This document shows positions 48,351 to 55,505 of a stretch of DNA of 55,505 nt, in pieces (position 1 is the first letter of the stretch; every line of letters begins with the position of its first letter). The DNA is from a virus (taxonomy: Duplodnaviria; Caudoviricetes). Both the position numbers and the translations under genes were made by a program. The stretch covers positions 1 through 55,505 of the IMG/VR virus record IMGVR_UViG_3300002026_000041; one strand, 5' to 3'. Below the pieces are notes generated by a model. The model had not been told where the DNA came from, made no database searches, and saw only the letters and a list, made by a program, of their open reading frames with translations.

Positions 48351-48382
48351 CAAAGATATGTGATTATTTTTACATCTCCAAA
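48351..48382 (-). promoter_or_regulatory. Bacteroidota primary-sigma promoter (-33 TTTG / -7 TAnnTTTG)
   Basis: minus strand TTTG (48382-48379), 20-nt spacer, TATCTTTG (48358-48351), 14 nt upstream of ATG 48336. Confidence 0.7.
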
Positions 48383-48404
48383 TTTTTTTTATTTAATTTT
48401 ATTG

Positions 48405-48417
48405 TTTATATTTTATC
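48405..48417 (+). promoter_or_regulatory. putative early/middle promoter element TTTATATTTTATC upstream of DNA polymerase
   Basis: identical to 13-mer upstream of ssb. Confidence 0.5.
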
Positions 48418-48483
48418 GATAAAGACAAATTATGTTTGAATAATTCGAACATAAATCAATACGTCGCATTAAAATTATAAACA

Positions 48484-51399
48484 ATGGCAGAATTAATTTC
48501 TCAGGAACGAATCGAAGAGTTCCTCCACGGGTCTGATCCCGAACAATACATCGTAGGCGTAGAATACGACTACAAATCAAACACAATCTACAAAATTACC
48601 CAAGATCCCGTCAGAGGTAAACAAGTAAAACAAGATTCATTAGTACCATTTTTATGGGTTGGAGATTTAACTGGATTAAATTTTTACCAAGATAATAAAG
48701 CTCTACAACGGAGAAAAATGGGTGAACACGGAATTACCATTAACCCTTTAGACACCCACGGAGATAAAAGACTTGAAAATGGTCTTCGTTTTATGGTAAA
48801 GAGTATGAAAAGTTATCAAAATCTGATAACATTTTTCAAACAGGGTGGAATAGATCCTTGGAGCGATAAACATAAGAAATATTTTCAAATTTTAAACCCA
48901 GTTGAACAATATCTTGTTCAAAAGAAAAAACGACTTTTCAAAGGTATCGAAGAATATGAAGATGTTCATCGAATTATGTTCGATATTGAAACCACGGGTC
49001 TTGATCCTGAAACCGATAAAATCTTTCTAATTGGAATTAAAGATAACCGAGGGTTTAAAAAAGTAATTCCTGCATTTGGGGAAAATGGTGAAAAATTGTG
49101 TATTGAAACATTTTTCACTACGATCAAAGAATTATTACCGACAATTATTGGAGGATATAACTCCGCATCCTTTGACTTTCCATTCATTATGAAAAGGGCT
49201 GAGATTAATGATGTTGATGTTAAAGCGTTTACCCAAATTCTTTCCCTTGACGGATTAAAAGTTAAGGATGGAGTTCTTAAACTCGCAAATGAAATTGAAC
49301 CGTACAATCAATATGTACTTTTTGGATTTAGTATCATCGATATATCACACTCGGTACGTCGAGCCCAAGCAATTAACTCCGAAATCAAATCATGGGGGTT
49401 AAAATATATCACCAAATTTATTGAAAAAGAAAAACCCGATCGAATCTATGTTGATGGTGATAAACTTTCAAAAATTTATTTTGAAAATGAAAGTTACTAT
49501 GTAAATCCAAAAACAGGTGGATGGAGAAAGATTGGCGATCCCGGAACTGAAGGTCTCTTAGAAAAATATCCGGGAAAATTTGAGATTTGGACGGGAAGAA
49601 AACTAATTGAACAATATCTTGACGATGACCTTTATGAAACTATGATTGTTGATGATTCGTTTAGTCAGTCAACATTTTTATTGGCGAAGAATGTACCCAC
49701 AACGTATGAAAGAATTGCAACAATGGGAACCGCAACATTGTGGAAACTTATGATGTTAGCGTGGTCATATGAAAATAATCTTGCAATTCCTGAAAAGACC
49801 GAAAAAAGACCATTTGTGGGAGGGTTGTCTCGTTTATTGAATGTTGGGTTCGCAAAGAATATTGTTAAATTTGACTACTCGTCACTTTATCCTTCAATTC
49901 AGTTGGTGTATGACATATTCCCCGAATGTGATGTTATGGGTGTTCAGAAAGCGATGTTAAAGTATTTCCGTAACATTCGTATAAAATATAAGAGACTCAC
50001 CCAGTCACTCGAAAAATCTGATCCTGTTTTGTCCGAGAAATATGACAGGAAACAATTACCTTTAAAGATTTTTATTAACGCATATTTTGGTTCATTATCA
50101 GCTCCAATGGTGTTCAATTGGGGGGATATTGATAAGGGTGAAGCAATTACATCTATCGGACGACAAAGTTTGAGAATGATGATTATGTATTTCCAGAAAA
50201 AAGGGTATAAACCTCTTGTAATGGATACAGACGGTGTTAACTTTGAAGTTCCGATAGGAATTGAAGAACATAAGTACACCGGAAAGGGGTTAAATGATTT
50301 GGTTGAGAAAAATAAAGAATATTCGGGAGTTCAAGCGGATACTGCTGAATTTAACGATATTTTTATGAGAGGTGAAATGGGTTTAGATATCGATTACATG
50401 GCGCCTGCTTGTATTAATCTCTCAAGAAAAAACTATATCATTAAACTGATAAAGAAAGGTAAAGAGAGAATTAAACTAACAGGGAATACCGTAAAATCAA
50501 AAAAACTACAACAATATGTGGTTGAATTTTTGGATGAAGGATTCAAACTTTTATTAAATGGTGACGGGGTAACTTTTATCGACCTTTATTATGATTATAT
50601 TTCAAAAATTTATAATCAACAAATTCCATTATCGAAAATTGCCAATAAAGCAAGGGTAAAACAATCCCCCTCTGCGTATAAAAAGCATATTCAAAAAACA
50701 ACCAAATCTGGTTCGCTTATGGCGAGACAGGCTCATATGGAACTCATATCATTAAATGATTATCCTGCAAGTTTAGGGGAAACAATTTATTATGTGAATA
50801 ACGGTAAGAATAAAAGTGCAGGGGATGTGAAAAAAATCACAAAGTACACCCAAAAATGGACTAAACAAGAATTACATGATTATGAGGTAAACAATGGAAA
50901 ACTTCCTCCGAAGGAAACTACCATTGAAATCAATTGTTATATGATACCTGAATCAGATATTATTAACAATCCAGATAAAACGGGTGAATATAATATACCT
51001 CTTTATGTGAGTAAATTTAATAAACACGTAGAACCGTTATTAGTTGTGTTTAAACCTGAAATTAGAGATAGTATTTTGGTTACCGATCCACAAGAACGTC
51101 AATATTTCACTGCTGCTCAATGTGAATTGGATAATGGACATCCATTAAAACCCGAAGGTCAGGATGATTTAAACGAAGTAATGACATTATCCGATATGGA
51201 GATTTTATTTTGGAATCGTGTGGGTTGGGATCCATATATGATGTATCTTGAAGACAGTATTAATCACGTAGATGAATATTGGGTCAATCTTAACAGAGCT
51301 CTAGTAGAAGAACAAAAAAAGGGTTCAGACGACAGGGAGGACGAAATCATAAAGACCGATGGACGAGCGTTCGCCAACCATGATGAACTTCCTGATTAA
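48484..51399 (+). CDS. DNA polymerase, family B
   Basis: ExoI FDIETTG, ExoII GYNSASFDFPF, region II DYSSLYPS, region III KIFINAYFG, region I MDTDG. Confidence 0.95.
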   Translation: MAELISQERIEEFLHGSDPEQYIVGVEYDYKSNTIYKITQDPVRGKQVKQDSLVPFLWVGDLTGLNFYQDNKALQRRKMGEHGITINPLDTHGDKRLENGLRFMVKSMKSYQNLITFFKQGGIDPWSDKHKKYFQILNPVEQYLVQKKKRLFKGIEEYEDVHRIMFDIETTGLDPETDKIFLIGIKDNRGFKKVIPAFGENGEKLCIETFFTTIKELLPTIIGGYNSASFDFPFIMKRAEINDVDVKAFTQILSLDGLKVKDGVLKLANEIEPYNQYVLFGFSIIDISHSVRRAQAINSEIKSWGLKYITKFIEKEKPDRIYVDGDKLSKIYFENESYYVNPKTGGWRKIGDPGTEGLLEKYPGKFEIWTGRKLIEQYLDDDLYETMIVDDSFSQSTFLLAKNVPTTYERIATMGTATLWKLMMLAWSYENNLAIPEKTEKRPFVGGLSRLLNVGFAKNIVKFDYSSLYPSIQLVYDIFPECDVMGVQKAMLKYFRNIRIKYKRLTQSLEKSDPVLSEKYDRKQLPLKIFINAYFGSLSAPMVFNWGDIDKGEAITSIGRQSLRMMIMYFQKKGYKPLVMDTDGVNFEVPIGIEEHKYTGKGLNDLVEKNKEYSGVQADTAEFNDIFMRGEMGLDIDYMAPACINLSRKNYIIKLIKKGKERIKLTGNTVKSKKLQQYVVEFLDEGFKLLLNGDGVTFIDLYYDYISKIYNQQIPLSKIANKARVKQSPSAYKKHIQKTTKSGSLMARQAHMELISLNDYPASLGETIYYVNNGKNKSAGDVKKITKYTQKWTKQELHDYEVNNGKLPPKETTIEINCYMIPESDIINNPDKTGEYNIPLYVSKFNKHVEPLLVVFKPEIRDSILVTDPQERQYFTAAQCELDNGHPLKPEGQDDLNEVMTLSDMEILFWNRVGWDPYMMYLEDSINHVDEYWVNLNRALVEEQKKGSDDREDEIIKTDGRAFANHDELPD

Positions 51400-51764
51400 A
51401 TAATATTAATATAAAGTTTTTCTTGAATTGGTACAATTAATTTTGTTGAAGGAATTCCCATTGAATCGAGAAACTGTATCGTAAATTTTCCTTCAAATTT
51501 ACCCTTTTCAGATGTTTGTAACTCAGTAAAACGATAGATGATGTAATATTCATCTGTCGTTTGTTGATATTTCTTAACCCTAAGAGCTAATTGACACGGA
51601 GCACCAAGAATGTACGGTACTTCGTTTTTAACGCTACTCATTTCGAATGTAATATCCGAATTCTCCAATAATTCATTAAATGACGACTTATCATTTTTCC
51701 CGTCGTCAATTAACCTCATTTTTAATATTGGGTCTGTTGCTCCTTGTCTTATAAAAAAATCCAT
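51396..51764 (-). CDS. small Ig-like / BppU-N-like virion protein
   Basis: FFIRQGATDPILKMRL...YRFT...T...GKFEGKFTIQF pattern; TATTTATA 4 nt upstream. Confidence 0.55.
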   Translation of the reverse strand: MDFFIRQGATDPILKMRLIDDGKNDKSSFNELLENSDITFEMSSVKNEVPYILGAPCQLALRVKKYQQTTDEYYIIYRFTELQTSEKGKFEGKFTIQFLDSMGIPSTKLIVPIQEKLYINII

Positions 51765-51768
51765 ATAT

Positions 51769-51776
51769 TATAAATA
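51769..51776 (-). promoter_or_regulatory. putative late promoter TATTTATA
   Basis: 4 nt upstream of ATG 51764. Confidence 0.55.
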
Positions 51777-51793
51777 TAACCTAATAATTTATT

Positions 51794-52885
51794 TTAACAA
51801 GCCGTAATTTCGGTAATTTCACCATCGCCAGCAATTTTAACAGCCCAGCTGTTACTTCCGTTGGTTAAATAATAATAACTGTATCCGTTTCCAAAATATG
51901 GCTCATCACCAAATTGATCCTCCCATAGGGTAGTTCCAAGTACAGGGACATAAATTCCCGCTGATAGATAAACATTCTCATCTGTTATACCATATGTACA
52001 AGCATCTAATGGGGTATCATATGGGTCCATATTACCAATAAAAAATTCTAATCTAAGTGGCGATGGCGACGGAGGCGGCGGTGTTATTGAAGGGGTTACA
52101 CTTATTGATGGAGTCACCGTAGGTGTTACCGATGGTGTTACCGAAGGCGTCATAGAAGGTGTCACAGAGGGTGTCTCTGATGGTGTCACAGAGGGTGTCT
52201 CTGATGGTGTTATACTTATTGACGGTGTCGGTGTTATAGATATTGAAGGTGTCACAGATGGTGTTACCGACGGAGTTTCCGAAGGTGTCACAGTTATCGA
52301 TGGTGTTATTGATGGCGTCACACTTATTGTTGGTGTTACCGACGGAGTTTCCGAAGGTGTCACGGTTATAGATGGTGTTATAGACGGTGTTACACTTATT
52401 GATGGCGTAATTGATGGCGTAATTGATGGTGTAATTGATGGTGTAGGTGATGGTGTTACACTTGGAGTTACAGGTGGAACAACAGAATATGAGCGGATTT
52501 CAAATAAAGTATTATTAAATAAGGTATCCATTAGAGTTGAACCAGTTAGTTCCACTTTTGATGTTGAAACTAAAATATGTGTACTACTAACCCAAGAGCT
52601 TGTAATTTCATAAAATTCGCCATCAATTTGGAATAGTTTATCATGGATGGTGATTGTTCTATTTGCAGTAAAAACACCATCAATACTGATAACGTCATAA
52701 GTTCCGCCAGTTATTCTAACCCATTCAATATCACCCAATGTGTTTTCATATTCAACAGGAAATGGATTGTCTTCTCCTGATTGTGTTATAAATGCTGTGT
52801 ACACATTATATGGCTTACTGAATTCACGTAATGTTGCTAATGTGCTAGCGTCTAAATTTGATATTGTTTTTCCCGAAATTGCCAT
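51794..52885 (-). CDS. virion surface protein with ~140-aa TPS tract and C-terminal Cys module
   Basis: 363 aa; central (TPS[V/I/E/M])n; C-terminal DAC...GEITEITAC domain. Confidence 0.6.
   Translation of the reverse strand: MAISGKTISNLDASTLATLREFSKPYNVYTAFITQSGEDNPFPVEYENTLGDIEWVRITGGTYDVISIDGVFTANRTITIHDKLFQIDGEFYEITSSWVSSTHILVSTSKVELTGSTLMDTLFNNTLFEIRSYSVVPPVTPSVTPSPTPSITPSITPSITPSISVTPSITPSITVTPSETPSVTPTISVTPSITPSITVTPSETPSVTPSVTPSISITPTPSISITPSETPSVTPSETPSVTPSMTPSVTPSVTPTVTPSISVTPSITPPPPSPSPLRLEFFIGNMDPYDTPLDACTYGITDENVYLSAGIYVPVLGTTLWEDQFGDEPYFGNGYSYYYLTNGSNSWAVKIAGDGEITEITAC
52059..52478 (-). repeat. coding TPS repeat tract
   Basis: e.g. ggtgttaccgacggagtttccgaaggtgtcac occurs twice 72 nt apart; gtcacagagggtgtctctgatggtgt twice. 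Confidence 0.9.
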
Positions 52886-52895
52886 ATTAAATTAA

Positions 52896-54269
52896 TTATA
52901 TTCCTGTTTTTATATAAAAATAACCATCGTCTGTTAATAAATAGTATAAAACATCATCACTGAGCACTGCATCGACAATAAATCTTGATAGATTGTCAAC
53001 ACATTCTTCCCAACATTCGGTAATATTAAAAGTTGGTTTAGTATAATCTAAATACCTATCACGAACATATAGGGCATTCATAGGATCTTCAAAATACGCC
53101 GCATATTTTATTGAATAACAACAAACACTATCGTGAATTCCTCCACTACCAGTTACTCCTCCACCAACTGCATGGGTAAAGGGTTGAAATCCTCTATCCG
53201 ATAAAATTATTTCTTCAAAATCTTTATAATGATATATTGGAAGTATTCGTAAATTTCTCACCGTTGGGGGTGGAGATTCGAATTGTAATGGTCTTCCATT
53301 GTGATATATTCTTAATGTTCCTAATCTTTTCCATCTTTCCTCTAACCATAACGAACTTAACTGTTCCGCTGGCCATTCATTAATAATAGTCGACCCGGTT
53401 GTTGAGGTTACACCCGTATGTATTAAATCATTCCAACCCCCTTCATTTGCCAAGTCACATCCAGTATACGGATAATATCTTTCAAAAGAAATGGTTATAT
53501 TAAAATCATCTGATACTCCATTATCGCATAACGGCATCGTTTGTCCTGAATATATGTAACCATACTCAGTCCATCCGGAAACTGTTTCACAATATCCGCT
53601 ATATCTCATAGATTGGAATCGAATTCTACCATCTGAGGTAAAACTGAAGGACATATTATTGTCGAGATAATAATCTGGGTTATATTCATCTCGAACTCCC
53701 GTATAAAAGAAAACTACGTCTTCCCAAGGTAGATCTTCCCTGTTAAAAACATAATCGATTGTCCAACCCGATACAGGTCTACGTTGAATGAACGGTTCAC
53801 AATTTCCAATACCCGTTCCATGGTCTATTTGATATACCCAAGGAAGATTTGATAATACTGATTCGGTTGGGCAACATGTGCCAGTAAGTCCGCTGAACAA
53901 ATCCGTACATCCTGTTATTGAGGTTGTAAATCCCGTTACCACCGTTGATTCCGTTTCACCACTTAATAGTGGATCGATATATGGAATTGCTCCCAAATAA
54001 AAGTCCTGTATTGTGAAAAAATGAGTTTCACCCGTAATCCCCGTATAAGAGTAAACATCGTTATTTAAAATTATGTTTGAGTATGTGTGTCCTGATGTAT
54101 CAAAATGTGGGGTGAAATCGGTTAAATTAAGAGTTAAAGTTAACCCGGAATATGTGTATCCACTATCGATAAGTGAATTGTCATATTCATCTAATCGAAT
54201 GGAATCAAAATGACAAAGATTATCATCGAGACTATAATATTCATAAACCAAATTTGGGTATATTGCCAT
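52896..54269 (-). CDS. putative virion structural protein, possibly with a LamG/concanavalin-like fold
   Basis: 457 aa; WTIDYVF...FFYTG, GTLRIYHNG; rich in [ST]GxT; TATTTATA upstream. Confidence 0.55.
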   Translation of the reverse strand: MAIYPNLVYEYYSLDDNLCHFDSIRLDEYDNSLIDSGYTYSGLTLTLNLTDFTPHFDTSGHTYSNIILNNDVYSYTGITGETHFFTIQDFYLGAIPYIDPLLSGETESTVVTGFTTSITGCTDLFSGLTGTCCPTESVLSNLPWVYQIDHGTGIGNCEPFIQRRPVSGWTIDYVFNREDLPWEDVVFFYTGVRDEYNPDYYLDNNMSFSFTSDGRIRFQSMRYSGYCETVSGWTEYGYIYSGQTMPLCDNGVSDDFNITISFERYYPYTGCDLANEGGWNDLIHTGVTSTTGSTIINEWPAEQLSSLWLEERWKRLGTLRIYHNGRPLQFESPPPTVRNLRILPIYHYKDFEEIILSDRGFQPFTHAVGGGVTGSGGIHDSVCCYSIKYAAYFEDPMNALYVRDRYLDYTKPTFNITECWEECVDNLSRFIVDAVLSDDVLYYLLTDDGYFYIKTGI

Positions 54270-54296
54270 AACATAAGGGGTTCTTTTACTATTTCT

Positions 54297-54304
54297 TATA
54301 AATA
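54297..54304 (-). promoter_or_regulatory. putative late promoter TATTTATA
   Basis: 27 nt upstream of ATG 54269. Confidence 0.55.
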
Positions 54305-54344
54305 TATTAACAGGAAGTTTATTATAGAGTTTTAGACATTTCGT

Positions 54345-55061
54345 CTAGTCTATATACATATCATAAATTCCATCAACTAATATTGCATATAATGCTGACC
54401 TAAAACTATCCCAAGTTCCCTGAAGTAAAGTCAAACCGCTTTCTTCCATACCTGACCCAGAATAATCATTTGTTGACATAATATAATCCAATAACCCACT
54501 TTTTTTATCACCCATTTCAATACCGAATCTACCTAATTGTGTGAACTCATAGATTAGGCTCTGAGCATCATCAAATAATTTTTCACAATCATTTAGTGAT
54601 AAATGTTGTGGTACAACAAATTTTAAATAATACATTCTCTGATTTGCTGCTTCAAGTAATTTTGCGTGATACTTGTGCCAAGCAACTAACACAAATCCTT
54701 GTGCTTGTTGTTGAGACATACCTTTAGTTGTCATTAAATAAATTACAGCGTTCGTTGGGTCGTCGCTAATATAATGTTTAATAGCAATATCTTTTTCTTC
54801 GTTCGTCATATTTGACCAACCCTTGTTTTTGCATAAACTTTTAATTTTAAACCTGACGCACATATAGTCATTTGCGACGCTTTCCCCATAAGAGTTCCAA
54901 TTCACAATTGAACTAATGTCTATATACTCATTTGGAATTGTTGATCCACTAATTATAATTTTAAACTCAGGATTTCCGTTTAAATCATCCGAATTCCATG
55001 ATTGAATATCAATACCTACGGTTTGACCACTTATTTGATATCCTAATAATTGTTTTTCCAT
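54345..55061 (-). CDS. hypothetical protein
   Basis: 238-aa ORF 1 nt downstream of preceding gene. Confidence 0.7.
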   Translation of the reverse strand: MEKQLLGYQISGQTVGIDIQSWNSDDLNGNPEFKIIISGSTIPNEYIDISSIVNWNSYGESVANDYMCVRFKIKSLCKNKGWSNMTNEEKDIAIKHYISDDPTNAVIYLMTTKGMSQQQAQGFVLVAWHKYHAKLLEAANQRMYYLKFVVPQHLSLNDCEKLFDDAQSLIYEFTQLGRFGIEMGDKKSGLLDYIMSTNDYSGSGMEESGLTLLQGTWDSFRSALYAILVDGIYDMYID

Positions 55062-55062
55062 A

Positions 55063-55503
55063 TTATTCTACTCTTATTAATTCAATTGTTGCATCAGATG
55101 TTGTTGTACTATTGGCGGTACTTTCCCCCCAATGGTTAAACACTATTGTATTTACACCTGAAAGCGCTTTATAGAATATTCGGGTTTCAGGTCGAATATC
55201 TGTCGTATCACCGTTCTCAATTTCCATTGTTGTTCTTGTACCTTGTGCAACACCACCAATAGTTACATTAAACCTTCCTGAGTTTGCTGCACTATTTCTT
55301 GACCATACCCAGTGTACAACAATTTTATATGTACCTGATGGTAAATCTGTTGTTGTCATGGTTACTTTAGCGACTGGTGTTGTACTATTAGTACTTGTAC
55401 TTGTCAAGTCACTTGCAAGTTGATATTCTGTACCATATACACGAGCAGAAACTGTAGCCAATTGTGTCGATGTAACTGTACTAACAGCAACCTTACCACT
55501 ACC
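55063..55503 (-). CDS. C-terminal part of a tail-fibre-like protein (runs off window end)
   Basis: frame is open from window edge (GSGKVAVSTVTSTQLATV...) so the TTG at 55461 is probably internal; Thr-rich beta-sandwich-like end. Confidence 0.65.
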   Translation of the reverse strand, partial: GSGKVAVSTVTSTQLATVSARVYGTEYQLASDLTSTSTNSTTPVAKVTMTTTDLPSGTYKIVVHWVWSRNSAANSGRFNVTIGGVAQGTRTTMEIENGDTTDIRPETRIFYKALSGVNTIVFNHWGESTANSTTTSDATIELIRVE

Positions 55504-55505
55504 GT

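Noticed and set aside
10436-54304. Canonical T4 late promoters TATAAATA read on the + strand
   Set aside because: In that orientation they would point away from the adjacent structural genes; the motif tracks gene orientation as TATTTAT
1-55505. Stop-codon reassignment
   Set aside because: Core genes are full length in the standard code, and TAA, TAG and TGA all terminate genes at sensible positions

Overview
AT-rich, gene-dense 55.5-kb segment of a large lytic T4-like (contractile-tail) dsDNA phage. The host is most likely Bacteroidota: two near-consensus TTTG-N19/20-TAnnTTTG promoters are present and Shine-Dalgarno motifs are not evident upstream of most genes. Most genes are on the minus strand. 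The tail/neck module has neck proteins, tail terminator, sheath, tube, assembly chaperone, tape measure, hub and wedge proteins, gp25 and large Thr/Ser/Gly-rich distal proteins. It is interleaved with a replication module: gp32-like SSB, RecA/UvsX, 5'-3' exonuclease, DnaB-type helicase, class II ribonucleotide reductase, SNF2 helicase and family B DNA polymerase. No tRNA, rRNA, CRISPR array, integrase or reverse transcriptase was seen. Notable points: (1) a hidden +1-frame ORF behind a GAA-UUU-UUU-CGU site between tube and tape measure; (2) a Gly-initiated class-3-like intein; (3) a TATTTAT(A/C/G/T) motif on the coding strand before late genes, which is the reverse complement of the T4 late promoter; (4) strong enrichment of [S/T]-G-x-T plus mucin-like TPS tracts in virion proteins, a candidate virion glycosylation system; (5) an early-promoter gene resembling the C-terminal fragment of a gp23-type capsid protein; (6) a convergent candidate effector/membrane-protein pair; (7) a 14-bp-period CTAGAATAAA array; (8) a frameshifted homing endonuclease whose start is hairpin-sequestered. 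All product calls come from motif recognition and synteny; no database search was run.
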